The notes beneath the pieces are model-generated. The model was not told where the DNA came from. It worked only from the letters and a program-made list of their open reading frames with translations, and searched no databases. From an uncultured Candidatus Bathyarchaeia archaeon (lineage in GTDB: Archaea > Thermoproteota > Bathyarchaeia > 40CM-2-53-6 > CAVXDP01): a stretch of DNA of 57,080 nt. Positions 24,842 through 35,629 of this stretch are shown piece after piece (within the stretch, counting starts at the first letter, position 1; every line of letters begins with the position of its first letter). Made by a program: the position numbers and the translations under genes. The DNA lies in NCBI GenBank assembly GCA_964562925.1, contig CAZLVF010000002.1, forward strand, positions 29,181 through 86,260, in the 5' to 3' direction.

Positions 24842-25576
24842 TCAATTGACTCTGGATAGGTAGATCCTTCTCACAGCCGGGTTCGTATCTACTAGTCTCT
24901 TCAACGCTCTTTCAAATGTCTCATCTTTCTTGAGCTCTGTTAACTGGAAGATTCCAGTTCTTCCGATCTTGTCTCTTCGAGTCAGGACCCTGGTCCTTTC
25001 CTTTACTATGTCCACGCTTACACCAACTTTCTCAGCCACCTCAGTCTCATGTCCAATGACCGGAGATTCAATGTGGCCCTGCAGGGTCGGCTCAATCAAG
25101 GTCAGCCTCTTCGTACATCCAGGTACTCGAGCTTCGTTCTTCAATAGACCGATATCGATGAGTCCGCCAAACTTGAAAAACTCAAGTTCGAGCGAACGGA
25201 GATTCAGAAGTGGAAATGTTACAGACACTCTTTCCTGCGAGTCCAAGTAAATATGCGCCTTTGGAGCGTGGCTTGGTGTCGCCTGCGCTATCCTTCTCGA
25301 GTACAGGTCGAATCCTCTTATCCCAAGAGAGACCTCGACCCTGTGGGACGGCACCACGTACGGAATTACAACATCAACATCACTGTAAGAGTCAACGTCA
25401 CCCCGTGCAACGCTCCCATGAACCATTGATGAGATCTGTTCTTCCACCAGCGCCCTCATAACCGCATGGGCCTTGACTCTCAGGGTTCGAAAGAGTTCCC
25501 AATGTGAGTTATCATATACGCGCTCGACCCTATCCCAGACCCTTGTTGGCTTTTCAGCCCCACGTTTCCCAGCCAA
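24842..25576 (-). CDS. Nucleotidyltransferase-fold (Pol-beta superfamily) protein
   Basis: 244 aa. The GS-x(n)-DxD signature is HGSVARGDVDSYSDVDVVI. Confidence 0.5.
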   Translation of the reverse strand: MAGKRGAEKPTRVWDRVERVYDNSHWELFRTLRVKAHAVMRALVEEQISSMVHGSVARGDVDSYSDVDVVIPYVVPSHRVEVSLGIRGFDLYSRRIAQATPSHAPKAHIYLDSQERVSVTFPLLNLRSLELEFFKFGGLIDIGLLKNEARVPGCTKRLTLIEPTLQGHIESPVIGHETEVAEKVGVSVDIVKERTRVLTRRDKIGRTGIFQLTELKKDETFERALKRLVDTNPAVRRIYLSRVN

Positions 25577-25617
25577 AGACCAAACACCCGCACAGTCTTT
25601 CGACAGTTCCGTTCTTC

Positions 25618-26697
25618 CTATGGGACCAAGTGTTTGGAGTAGCGCAACAAAGCGGCCAACCCGCCAATCGAAACCAGTTTCTTACCGCCCTCATGTTCTC
25701 CGCTTATCAGGTGAACCGTGCCGTTTCTGTTTTCAACAGTTCTCATAACATCTTCAATTCTCTTCCTCTCTTCGTCGTCTGCGTCTCTCAGCCTCTGATG
25801 TGCGACTATAAGAGTCGCGACGACACCCGAAGCAGCGTCACTATCGACTTCTTGGAGCCCGTATGATACGTCTCCCCTTGAGGCTCCCAGTCTCGCAAGA
25901 ACCTCCTCTACTAGCGCTGTCTCCCTCGCCACCCTAGCATGTTTAACAACACTTCCAACGAGGCCACATCGGATCGCTTCGTATACTCCTGAAACCCCTC
26001 CTGAACTAACACTCTTGACAGAGACTACGTTCTTTGCGGTCTCGGGGAAATTGTTGCTCAGATGCTTCCAGAAACTCTCCTTTGTAAATGCGGGTCCAAC
26101 GATAACGATTCTGCCAGCTTTTCCGCTCCGAGTTCTCTCAAGCGCCTTTGAGATCTCAGCGTAGTACCGTCGGAGCGCCTCTTCTCTCTTCTCATATTCA
26201 CGTTTTCCAGGTAACCTAGATTTGATCTCGGCCCTAACGTCTACACCATATGTTCTAACGGTCGCTATACAACCCTCATCCGCGTCGATTGCAAGGACGG
26301 TTATCGGCTCCTCCTCGACCTGCGCCTTCTCCAACCTCTCAAGTTGATAGTCGTACCAGTGTTCCTTTGATATTGTTAGCTGATCATCTGGTTGAATGCT
26401 GACAGTATGGTACGACCCTTGTATGTTCAAGTCTTCAGGAGCTTCCTTTACCTTTCCAAGAATTCTTAGACGGCTCATCTCTTTGTCGAAGTGAACTTTC
26501 TCGACCGAAAGCCGCATGGATACGGGTAGCCTTTTGCTTGAGGGTCGTCCAACTCCCTCGGTCTTAACCTCACGGGTCGTTCTAGCGTGAACAAGGTCGC
26601 CTTTGTCGAGCACGTTATACAATACCCAGAGATCGTCGAGAGAATTAGTTACGAGTCTTATCGAGCCATGCTTCAAGTCTTTGTAAACTATTCTCAA
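25618..26697 (-). CDS. pelA: Pelota (Dom34 homologue; no-go decay / ribosome rescue factor)
   Basis: 359 aa with a TTG start. The N-terminus MRIVYKDLKHGSIRLVTNSLDDLWVLYNVLDKGDLV is typical of Pelota, and the central and C-terminal eRF1-like domains are present. Confidence 0.85.
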   Translation of the reverse strand: MRIVYKDLKHGSIRLVTNSLDDLWVLYNVLDKGDLVHARTTREVKTEGVGRPSSKRLPVSMRLSVEKVHFDKEMSRLRILGKVKEAPEDLNIQGSYHTVSIQPDDQLTISKEHWYDYQLERLEKAQVEEEPITVLAIDADEGCIATVRTYGVDVRAEIKSRLPGKREYEKREEALRRYYAEISKALERTRSGKAGRIVIVGPAFTKESFWKHLSNNFPETAKNVVSVKSVSSGGVSGVYEAIRCGLVGSVVKHARVARETALVEEVLARLGASRGDVSYGLQEVDSDAASGVVATLIVAHQRLRDADDEERKRIEDVMRTVENRNGTVHLISGEHEGGKKLVSIGGLAALLRYSKHLVP

Positions 26698-27013
26698 ACG
26701 TCTCCACGGCTCCCTGATGCCATCGTGCGCGATTGTTACGCTTAATCATTGAGGTCGGCATGTATCAAACTTTTATAAGCACCTCTAATAACGTGTCGCA
26801 CGTTTGGCGACGTGTTGATGAACGCGGAAGAAGAAGACAAGATAGTCGAAGCGCTTGAACAGTTGAGGCTGAGCTACAACCTACGCCAGTATAGGGTTTG
26901 CTCGTTGATCTGTGATTCGCTCGCGGAGAAGTTCAAGGCGATCGCACAGAATAGGGCAGAAACGCCCACTCAGGTTGGACATAAAACATAAACGCCGACT
27001 TATCGACCTTATC

Positions 27014-27292
27014 TCACAGTTTTTGAAGCTTCTCGTAGAAATCAATGAGCAGTCTGGCTTTTGGATCTTCCTCGTTCAGGCAGAAGATCTTCATCCCTCT
27101 GTCATATCGGTCGAATAGAACGATCCCCTTGTCGATCAAGGAATCCATAACGCGGGCAACAGTGGTGGGGGATACCCCTAGGAAGTCTGCAAGGCTGGAC
27201 TGGTTGAAAACTCTGCCTTTATTCGAAAGGAGGTACTCGAGAAGCCTCGACTGCGCCTTTGATCGGAAGAGCTCGCTCAGCCGCGTAGCGCC
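27014..27292 (-). CDS. Possible small winged-helix (MarR/TrmB-like) ORF lacking an ATG/GTG/TTG start; overlaps the 3' end of pyrH in another frame
   Basis: Manual translation of the minus strand gives ...LEYLLSNKGRVFNQSSLADFLGVSPTTVARVMDSLIDKGIVLFDRYDRGMKIFCLNEEDPKARLLIDFYEKLQKL*. The frame is open from a TGA just upstream of the pyrH stop region. No canonical start codon occurs before the HTH. Confidence 0.3.
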   Translation of the reverse strand, partial: GATRLSELFRSKAQSRLLEYLLSNKGRVFNQSSLADFLGVSPTTVARVMDSLIDKGIVLFDRYDRGMKIFCLNEEDPKARLLIDFYEKLQKL

Positions 27293-27304
27293 TCACTTCT
27301 CAGC

Positions 27305-27991
27305 CTAACTAGTTATCTTTGTGCCTACATGTTCGCCTCTTAGGACTTTTAGAATGTTCTCAGGCTCTTCTCCAGAGACTATCCAAGTTGGGATATGTGA
27401 CCTCTCAATTATCATAACCGACAATGGGTCCATCAGTTCATAGCTCCCAGCGGCGAGCGATTCTCTTGAAGCGAGGCCGAGAAGCTCTTCAGCAGCGATC
27501 TCATCGATCTTTCTAGCCTCTGGATCCCTCTTTGGATCCGCTGTGTAGACTCCTTCAACATCTGTCACATTGACTAGAACGGAAGCGCCAATGGTTTCTG
27601 CCGCGAGAGCTGCAACAGCATTTGTTGAATGGCCTGGTTGAAGCCCTCCCATTACAACAATCCTTCCGAGTTGAAAGAAGCGCTTCAACTCTTCAAGGTT
27701 TTCAGGTACTTCGGGGTAGGCATCCTCGTCTAATGATGTTATGAGAAGTCTCGCGTTGAGCCTTGCAACTTCAATACCGATCTCGTCGCAGAAGGCTTCG
27801 TTGGCCCCAAGCCTTCTGGACGCTTCTATGTACTTTCTCGCATTCTTTCCTCCACCGGTGACTATGACGAGACGATTGCCATCATTTTGAAGTCTAGAGA
27901 ACAGTTCTGCGTACGTTCTGATCTTTTCGACATCTAAGTCGGCGGGAAATGAGAATCCACCGAGTTTTATCGCAATCTTCACCAGCGGCAC
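27305..27991 (-). CDS. pyrH: Uridylate (UMP) kinase, archaeal type (amino-acid-kinase fold)
   Basis: 228 aa. The segments KLGG, VIVTGGG, GGLQPGHSTNAVAALAAE and VTDVEGVYTADP are present. Confidence 0.85.
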   Translation of the reverse strand: MPLVKIAIKLGGFSFPADLDVEKIRTYAELFSRLQNDGNRLVIVTGGGKNARKYIEASRRLGANEAFCDEIGIEVARLNARLLITSLDEDAYPEVPENLEELKRFFQLGRIVVMGGLQPGHSTNAVAALAAETIGASVLVNVTDVEGVYTADPKRDPEARKIDEIAAEELLGLASRESLAAGSYELMDPLSVMIIERSHIPTWIVSGEEPENILKVLRGEHVGTKITS

Positions 27992-28070
27992 CTGAAACTT
28001 CTATCACTTGGCAGTGAGCTTATATAACTCGCTCTTTCGTTAGCCCATTGCTTCAGGAGAACAACCTCCA

Positions 28071-29324
28071 GTGTCGTCATCGGATTCCGTCGTGAGGTTC
28101 AAACTTAAACGTACCCTCGACCTCCTCTCATCGAAAGAAGGGCGGGGCACCGAGCTTATTTCACTCTATGTCCCCCCGAACAAGAGAATCCATGAGGTTA
28201 TGAACAACCTCCGCCAAGAGTACGGCACCGCGTCCAACATAAAATCCCGCTCAACTCGAAAGAACGTTCAGGACTCTATCGAAAGGGTAAGCCAGAGGCT
28301 CAAACTCTTCAAAGCTCCCCCTCCCAATGGTTTGGTAATCTTCTGCGGTGCGATTCCTCAGAACGGCCCGGGCAGCGAGCGGATGGAGATATATGCCCTT
28401 GAACCTCCAGAACCGATACACGTCTACTTTTACCGTTGCGACAACAGGTTCCACACAGAACCGCTCCTAGAGATTATGAGAGAGAAGGACACATACGGCA
28501 TACTTGTTATCGACTCGAACGACGCGGTTGTGGCAACCCTCCGAGGAAGACGGATGGAGGTTTTGAAAGAGTATCATTCAGGGCTCGGAGGAAAGCATAA
28601 GACAGGAGGCCAATCAGCTAGACGTTTCGAGAGGATCAGGGAACAAGAACTTAACGAATATTTCAAACGTGTCGGAGCTCATGTTGATGAAATCTTCGGC
28701 CAGATACCTGATCTTCGCGGCTTAATCATAGGGGGTCCGGGTCCTACGAAGTACGATTTCGCTGAGGGAGAGTCCCTCAACTACGTTCTGAAAGAGAAGG
28801 TTATTGGAATTGTAGATACCTCATACGTAGGAGCGAACGGTGTCGAAGAAGTCGTTGCGAAGAGCCCCGAAATCCTACGCGGCGTACGCTACAGTGATGA
28901 GAAGAGAGCCGTTCAACGTTTCCTCTATGAGATTGGGCATGAGACCGGACTGGGCGTATACGGAGAAACAGAGGTTAGAAAATACTTGGGCCTTGGAACC
29001 GTGGACACTCTCCTACTTTCTGAGAAGGTAAACGTCATTCACGTTGAAACCAAGTGTACCACTTGCGACTATAAAGAGGACAAGCTGATGGCTGCCCATG
29101 AGCTTATGCAGTACGAACAGAACCTGTCGAACACACGATGCCCAAAATGTTCCAATAATACTTTGATGATTGAAAAGAGAGAAGACCTCTTGGATGAGTT
29201 GGTGGGTCTAGCCGATAAGGCTGGAGCCAGAGTGGAAATGGTCTCGACAGAAACGGAAGAAGGCGTTATGCTCAAAGAGTCATTTGGCGGAATTGCAGCA
29301 GTCCTCAGATATAGGCCGAGCTAG
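28071..29324 (+). CDS. prf1: Peptide chain release factor aRF1 (eRF1 homologue)
   Basis: 417 aa. The NIKS-like motif is NIKSRSTRKNVQ and the GGQ motif is GGQSARRFERIR. The C-terminal domain carries Zn-ribbon cysteines. Confidence 0.9.
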   Translation: MSSSDSVVRFKLKRTLDLLSSKEGRGTELISLYVPPNKRIHEVMNNLRQEYGTASNIKSRSTRKNVQDSIERVSQRLKLFKAPPPNGLVIFCGAIPQNGPGSERMEIYALEPPEPIHVYFYRCDNRFHTEPLLEIMREKDTYGILVIDSNDAVVATLRGRRMEVLKEYHSGLGGKHKTGGQSARRFERIREQELNEYFKRVGAHVDEIFGQIPDLRGLIIGGPGPTKYDFAEGESLNYVLKEKVIGIVDTSYVGANGVEEVVAKSPEILRGVRYSDEKRAVQRFLYEIGHETGLGVYGETEVRKYLGLGTVDTLLLSEKVNVIHVETKCTTCDYKEDKLMAAHELMQYEQNLSNTRCPKCSNNTLMIEKREDLLDELVGLADKAGARVEMVSTETEEGVMLKESFGGIAAVLRYRPS

Positions 29325-29934
29325 CGATGTGATTCAATGGAGCTGCAGATCAGGTATAGGCAGATTGGAAGGTAAATCGGAAAGAAATCGACGATCCAGA
29401 CCTTATCTCAAGCTCTGACTTGGAGTTGACTTGGCACCGTGGTTCCTGTGAGAGCGGCATAGCGCTCGGCTACAAACGTGAGCAGAATCCTCAAGTTCGG
29501 TGCCGTGGACGGCCCGGTCAATAGGATGAGTAGGGCGGTGGCGAGAAGAGTTGATCTGGCTCTACTGGACGCAATTGACGCCCCGCCGCAACGTGTCACG
29601 AACGAAATCATCAACCGAAACATAGCTCTCCGCTAGCCTATCTTCCAAAACGCCTCGTACATTGGTCTTGGAATATTAAGAGTAGTCCGATCCATCTTTC
29701 CCTCGGCCTCATAGTTCTCGACATGCCAATCACCTAACAAAGGAAACGCCACGGTCGATGATCATCTTTCATGTTATGTCGCCCACAGAATTAGAAAATC
29801 TACCTCGTAGAACAAGGCCGCTCCGATGACCTTTCTGAAGCAAAGATCGGATTCGTCTATATCAGTCGCATAGAAAATGTTCGTGTACTTTTTTTCTCAA
29901 AATCCTAAAACCATATTGCAACATCACTGATAAG

Positions 29935-30954
29935 TCAAGGCTTCAACAGAACTTTCATCGCCTTCCGACTGAGAACTAGGTCAAAGGCTTCTTTGAAATC
30001 GTTCAGGGAGTGTCTGTGAGTGATTATTGGCTTGACTTTGACCTTGCGGGACGAGATCAGGTCCATGGCTCTTTTGAAGGTTAGCCAAGTGTAATCGTAG
30101 CTTCCTGAGATAGACAGTTCTTTGTAGACTACGTCTAAAGCGTTTATGCTCGCTGGCTCATGATACACACTTATCAGAACTATCTGTCCGTCTTTTTTAA
30201 CGATGCTCAATGCAGAGTTGATCGCTTTAGTGCTGCCAGTCGCCTCTAGAACCACATCAACGCCATTCTCGGTTACAGAAGAGATCCTCTCTTGCAGGTT
30301 CTCATTCTGTACGTTTATGATCTCATCTGCTCCTAGTTCTTTAGCGACCCTTAATCGGTCGTCTCTGGTTCCAACCATTATCACCTTCTTGGCGCCGATT
30401 GTTCTTGCACACTGCAGAGCCAATAGCCCTATGGGTCCAGGCCCCAAGACGGCAAACGTGTCGCATATTCCTAGATGCAATCTTTCGATAGGATGTAGTG
30501 CGCTCGCCAGTGGATCGAGCATCGCCCCCTCTTCGAAATCCATGTTATTCGGCAACAGAAGTATGTTTCTTGCTGGAAAAGAAACGTATTCTGCAAAAGA
30601 ACCGTTTATATCGAAACCCAGCTCCTTGGAATGCTTACAAATGTGGGAACGACCTGTCCTACAATAGTAACACGCGCCGCAGCTCACCACGATATGAGCA
30701 GAGACTCTGTCTCCAGTTTTCAGGTGTTCAACATCATTTCCAACATCCACTATACTACCTGAAAATTCATGACCAGGAATGTACGGAACAGGAAGCTTCA
30801 CTGGATACATTCCTTTGTACAGGGGTATGTCGGAGCCACATATTCCTGTAGCTTCTACCCTGATCAACACCTCATCGGCTTTCAGCTTGGGTTTGTCGAC
30901 TTCGAGGAGATCAAATCCGTATGCATCTTGTCTAACTTTAATCAACGCCTTCAT
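29935..30954 (-). CDS. Zinc-dependent medium-chain dehydrogenase (threonine/sorbitol dehydrogenase-like)
   Basis: Motifs GICGSDIPLY, the structural-Zn Cys cluster CGACYYCRTGRSHIC and GPGPIGLLA are present. The start is taken at MKALIKV (30954) rather than the longer track ORF (31053). Confidence 0.8.
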   Translation of the reverse strand: MKALIKVRQDAYGFDLLEVDKPKLKADEVLIRVEATGICGSDIPLYKGMYPVKLPVPYIPGHEFSGSIVDVGNDVEHLKTGDRVSAHIVVSCGACYYCRTGRSHICKHSKELGFDINGSFAEYVSFPARNILLLPNNMDFEEGAMLDPLASALHPIERLHLGICDTFAVLGPGPIGLLALQCARTIGAKKVIMVGTRDDRLRVAKELGADEIINVQNENLQERISSVTENGVDVVLEATGSTKAINSALSIVKKDGQIVLISVYHEPASINALDVVYKELSISGSYDYTWLTFKRAMDLISSRKVKVKPIITHRHSLNDFKEAFDLVLSRKAMKVLLKP

Positions 30955-31444
30955 GGATTGTTCCTTCTTCAGTTCTTGATTCAAGATTAGTTTGAGATTA
31001 AAAACTGCTCTGGCTCGTGGAGAAAAAAGCGCGAATGGAGGTTTAAGCTTCATGCAGGAGGAATCTGTCTGTATGCAAGATCAATGTCGATGCCCTGTCC
31101 CGATCTGTACAATCTTGCCACGTAGAATCAAATCACTAGGCCTATGTACGGGCCGATTATCGCAGCCACGGAAGGTAGGATCGCCAGTTCTTCACCTATT
31201 GCGAACATCAGAGCAGCACAGATCGGAGAAGTGAACTTTGCATATGCCCTTGCCAAAGCTGATGGGCAACGAATTTGAACAGATTTTAGATGTTCGCCTG
31301 AGCCAATCCATCCATCCAAGCCTGCCAATGATTACGATAGACGATAGCAGTCCTCTCGGAACTGAGCTGGTTCAACCAAAACTCAACGAGGTCAGTCAAT
31401 ACTTCTTCAGAACGATAGGTAACAGGATATGTTTGAGGTTAATC

Positions 31445-32521
31445 TCAGACATGTTTGTATATGTCAGCGGACGTGTAAGTGCCAGTTCTCATCTCCTCTC
31501 CTATCTGTCGAAGGAGTAGAATCCTTCGATAGGTTGGGGGGTGCGTCGAGAAAGCTGCATTGACGTTTGTCCATGTAGACTTGGCTTCTTTCTCCATGGC
31601 CAACTGCAGTTCACGTTCATCCAAAACGCCGTCCCGATCGAGGTCGTACTCATGTCGTTTCTCAATTATCGTACCAACTTCCTGCCTAGCCAACGCTGGA
31701 TCGGATATGAACAGCGCACGTGCGCCATGTGGTTCTTCTGGCTGTAACGAGAGGCCGTACGCAATCTTTGTCAACGCGCTCTCTAGGCTTCTAGGTGAAC
31801 CGGTAAGGTATGCTGAGTAGGCGTCTGAGAAATGCTCTCTCAATCGGCTAAGTTTCATTACTAGAAGCTGAGCGACAAAGTAAACGACCAGCGCGATTAC
31901 ACCTGCGAGAACTATGTAGCCCCCGCCCCCCTTCCTCTCGTCTCTTCTGCCTACGTATCCGAACCCAAACGCCATCCGAGCGATGATATACGCGATCAAG
32001 GGAATTGCGGAAAGGAAGGTCATGATTATTGAGTCCTTGTGCTTAATATGTCCTAGTTCATGACCGATAACTCCCCCCACCTCATCTTGGTTGAGTTGCC
32101 TCAAGAGGCCCTCATGGACAGCAAGTGTCATCCTCGAAGTAGAGTTTCCAAAGACGAAGGCGTTAGGAGTTGGACTTGGAACCATTGCAAGTCTAGGCAT
32201 AGGTACGTTGCTTTTTGACGCGAGCTCTCTCACAGTGCTCTCTAGCCATGGGAACGAACCCTCCTCGAGATACTTCAACTTCATCGAAGCAGATACTATG
32301 TAGGGACTTATCGCAAACTGTATAAGCATGAAAATCAACGCCAACACGAAAGCCATCACCAGTGTTGAGGTCGGTGAGATGCTCATCTCAGCGGCTGCGC
32401 TGAAGAGAATCGAAACTGCGGCGAGAAACGCGACGAAGACGCCGAAGGTTATTATCATCGTCAGCAGTATCGTACTTTTTAGTTGAGCTATCCCAACCAT
32501 AGTGGAACCGCCGAAGTTCAA
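31445..32521 (-). CDS. htpX: HtpX-like M48 family membrane metalloprotease
   Basis: 358 aa. HELGHIKH is the HExxH motif, flanked by TM helices. The architecture is typical of M48. Confidence 0.8.
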   Translation of the reverse strand: MNFGGSTMVGIAQLKSTILLTMIITFGVFVAFLAAVSILFSAAAEMSISPTSTLVMAFVLALIFMLIQFAISPYIVSASMKLKYLEEGSFPWLESTVRELASKSNVPMPRLAMVPSPTPNAFVFGNSTSRMTLAVHEGLLRQLNQDEVGGVIGHELGHIKHKDSIIMTFLSAIPLIAYIIARMAFGFGYVGRRDERKGGGGYIVLAGVIALVVYFVAQLLVMKLSRLREHFSDAYSAYLTGSPRSLESALTKIAYGLSLQPEEPHGARALFISDPALARQEVGTIIEKRHEYDLDRDGVLDERELQLAMEKEAKSTWTNVNAAFSTHPPTYRRILLLRQIGEEMRTGTYTSADIYKHV

Positions 32522-32684
32522 AATTTGGTTTAAGAGTTGAACATAGCCGACGGTATAAACGTGGCGTTGTGGGTGCCATTGGGAATAGCTAACTGATCGA
32601 GACAGGTAAAGCCAAACCTTTTGAAGCTTCTATAAGCCATTTGAACTGGTTCGAGGGAATAGCATTCACAAGGTCGAGAGCTAC

Positions 32685-33437
32685 TTGGCGGAAATCATAG
32701 AACAGATCGAGTGTTCTCATTGCGGGGCTCCGATCTCTGTTCAGCCTGGGGAGATAGTGGCAACCTGCAAGTACTGTGGGTTCACTGGCGTTATAGAGAC
32801 AGGCAAAGCCTTTGAATTCGAGCATTCCCTGATCCTGAACAAACTGGAAGCCGGCCAAGCAGCTGAGACCCTGAAAAGTTGGATGGAGAGGAGCTTCATG
32901 GCTCCAAGAGACCTGTCAAGAAACGCGGAGATAAAGGAGACAAGCCTAGTCTATACCCCGTTCTGGATAGTCTCTCTGAGAGCCTCAAGCCATTACAAAG
33001 GAATCTTTGAGAGGATAAGCCCTTCAGTCACAAAAGAGGGACAGATAGAGAACGACTATGCTTGGCTTGTCCTCGCTAGAAAAGCGTCCTATTTTCCAAC
33101 CAGTTCATACAAGACTCCGCTCGAAGCGAAGGTTCCCTTCGATTTTACCAAGATTCAGCGAGACGCGAAGGTTCTCAACAGTGAGATCGAAGCGGGTGAG
33201 GCCGTTAGCATCGCAAAAGAAGAGATAGAAAACCTGCACTCTTTCCTGTTAAAGAAAGATGTTGACAGACTGATCGAGTTCTCAACTAGTTTCGAGATCA
33301 AAAGCACGACCTACATCCACGCGCCGATCTGGTCGATCACGTACGAGTACAAGACAACAGAGTACCACGCCTACGTCGACGGGGCGACAGGAGAAGTGGT
33401 CAAGTGTGATCTCCCAGTCACCGGAGGATATCTCTAA
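32685..33437 (+). CDS. Hypothetical protein with an N-terminal zinc ribbon (CSHCGAPISV...CKYCGF)
   Basis: 250 aa. Only the zinc ribbon is recognisable. Confidence 0.4.
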   Translation: MAEIIEQIECSHCGAPISVQPGEIVATCKYCGFTGVIETGKAFEFEHSLILNKLEAGQAAETLKSWMERSFMAPRDLSRNAEIKETSLVYTPFWIVSLRASSHYKGIFERISPSVTKEGQIENDYAWLVLARKASYFPTSSYKTPLEAKVPFDFTKIQRDAKVLNSEIEAGEAVSIAKEEIENLHSFLLKKDVDRLIEFSTSFEIKSTTYIHAPIWSITYEYKTTEYHAYVDGATGEVVKCDLPVTGGYL

Positions 33438-33936
33438 ACGTTAACAAGAGGCTAAGAAACGCATCTGGTGTGGCGACTCTGCAAGAATGACGAGGAAAAA
33501 TAGCGAGAATCTCTGCACTCACCACACTAGTTGCACTCGGGTAAAGGGCGTTCAGCGACTGGCCCCTCAAACAATAAGGCTACTTTTTCTTTTTCTTCTT
33601 CTTAGGTGTTCCACACTTACCGCAGGTCATTAGTTTCCCCTACAAGATAATTCAGACCTTCCAATAAATATCTTTCGTCATGATGGAACTCTTTGAAGAG
33701 AGCTTGATTGACTGTTTGTCGAGCTGCTAAATGCTATGTACAGCATTCTTGTCCGCTGAACGAGATGTGTAAGTTCGTCAGCCCTTTCTTCGTACCTGAA
33801 AGATTCGCTACCGATTAGAATAGGAAATACAGCATCCAGTACTAATCAGGTTTCATGTCTTTCTCGAATAGGTGGTTGCTTTCCTATTTGATATGCATTC
33901 TGATTAGTCTTAAATCCTCTAACCTACTCTGTAGCA

Positions 33937-34437
33937 TTGATGAAGATGTGGTCCAAGTCATTTGGCGATGGTGTGGGTAGCGACAGGCTGCATCTCTGCT
34001 ACAAGATTCACGGCTTCCATCAGGGGTTGCACTGTTATGTGAGTAGGTCACAGGGCTTCGACCAGAATGAAATTACAAAATATGCGTGGCTTGCCAATCA
34101 CTGGGTTTTGGAAGACCTGTTCGTAAGGGTCAAGACATCTCCATGGGATCTGGTAGACTATGACCCGAAATCTTATGAGAAATTGTTGCGGGGAAGAGGC
34201 TGCAGGCCAAAGAGGGTTCATCATATAGTCTACAAAGGTCCGTACTATAGCCTCAGTTGGGGATCGCATATCCTAACCGTTTCGAGGGAAATCATACCCG
34301 GACCTGTGGGTATTGGTTCCAAACGGAGAACCGCTTGGGCTCATGAAAGTAGACAATTTGGCGAGTACTGTTACAGTGCAAGCGACGGCGCCCTAGGGAT
34401 CAGAGTCCTAAGATACGCCGTCATGCTACAGACTTGA
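33937..34437 (+). CDS. Hypothetical protein (Trp/His-rich, no recognisable motif)
   Basis: 166 aa from the ORF track. No competing ORF lies on the other strand and the composition is unusual. The call is weak. Confidence 0.25.
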   Translation: MMKMWSKSFGDGVGSDRLHLCYKIHGFHQGLHCYVSRSQGFDQNEITKYAWLANHWVLEDLFVRVKTSPWDLVDYDPKSYEKLLRGRGCRPKRVHHIVYKGPYYSLSWGSHILTVSREIIPGPVGIGSKRRTAWAHESRQFGEYCYSASDGALGIRVLRYAVMLQT

Positions 34438-35086
34438 CCGCTCCTCCTCTACTATACATTATCATCGAGGTTGCTCTACTCGGCATCTCAGCAAATAGAA
34501 TGAATGATAAGAGAACTCTAGCGAGCGTAAGAGAAAGCCTCGTTGAATGGGTCAGGAGTCTTTCCGAGAAAGGGTTTGGTGCGAGATGGCAAGGAGGTTC
34601 TTCTAGAGCCCGAGAGTCTAGAGGGAAGATGTGATCTTGTCTCTTTCGTGTGAATCGCTTCTAGAGCGTTACAGTAGTCGTTAATCTTAAGTTCAAGTCG
34701 AGCTGCCCGAAGTTTCTAGGTTTTGGTCTCGTGCGGATCGCGTATTGTGAGCGTATGACTGTATCCGTCCAAGTACTTTTCGATCTTTTCAAGATATTCT
34801 TCTAAGGACTGAGCAGACAAATCGGCTTGCTTTCTAAGGCGGTTTCGCAAGTGGTTTTCAAGGTTGCCTGGAAGCATTACGATGCTTGTCCAGCCCAGCT
34901 CAGCGAGCATTCACTACTCTTTGGTTCAAGACTTCTGTTCTATATTTAGTAAATTCATGGCCACAACCAAAGGTTTTTGCTGAGGATCTCTTCGCAGAAC
35001 CAATTCCCGAAGGCTTTAAAGTCTTGGAATGATGCATCTCAAAAGGTAGCCGGCATAATGTGCAGCTTGGCTCTTGGGATTAGATC

Positions 35087-35626
35087 TTGAGCGACAAGAG
35101 TCCTCTGGAAAAAATTGAGAGCGAGACTAGACTTCTAGAAAAGATCATGCTGTTCGTACCCGGTTTTAAAGGGTACAAACAGAAGGAAATGAGGAGAGAA
35201 GCGGACAAGCTGATCAGAGATCATTTTGGAAGAATACTGGAAAAGAACAGGAACTATCTCCGAGAGATCTATGGCACCTTGGTTACAAACCATTTTGACG
35301 AAGCCGCCGGAGGTCTCGAGAGGGTCGTTACTAGGCTCGATAGAATTGTAGCTAAAATTGAGCATGCTTCCTACGGTTACTCAGGCTTCTTTGATGCTGT
35401 GAAGATCTCTGAAGACGACCTGGACAGAATGCTGGGATTCGATGTCAAACTTCTCAACGAATTCAGGAGCATGGGCGACCTAGTTGAAGCCTTCAAGTTG
35501 GAAGTTGACGATCGCAAGTTTGAGAAAGTCCTAGCGCACGGGAATGAACTCTCCAAGATACTTGACCGTTTAGAAGAAACCTTTGAACACCGAGTTGATA
35601 CCATAAGAGGATTGGAGGCAAGATAA
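35087..35626 (+). CDS. Hypothetical alpha-helical/coiled-coil protein, co-transcribed with the SPFH-like gene
   Basis: 179 aa. It ends 4 nt before the downstream gene and is charged and helical throughout. Confidence 0.4.
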   Translation: MSDKSPLEKIESETRLLEKIMLFVPGFKGYKQKEMRREADKLIRDHFGRILEKNRNYLREIYGTLVTNHFDEAAGGLERVVTRLDRIVAKIEHASYGYSGFFDAVKISEDDLDRMLGFDVKLLNEFRSMGDLVEAFKLEVDDRKFEKVLAHGNELSKILDRLEETFEHRVDTIRGLEAR

Positions 35627-35629
35627 GTC

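Noticed and set aside
33590-33645. Tiny minus-strand ORF MTCGKCGTPKKKKKKK* (Lys-rich, resembling ribosomal L40e/S27a-like tails)
   Set aside because: It has only 16 codons with a single CxxC pair and no upstream extension, which is insufficient for a zinc-ribbon ribosomal protein. It is probably chance, given the poly-purine/poly-pyrimidine run.
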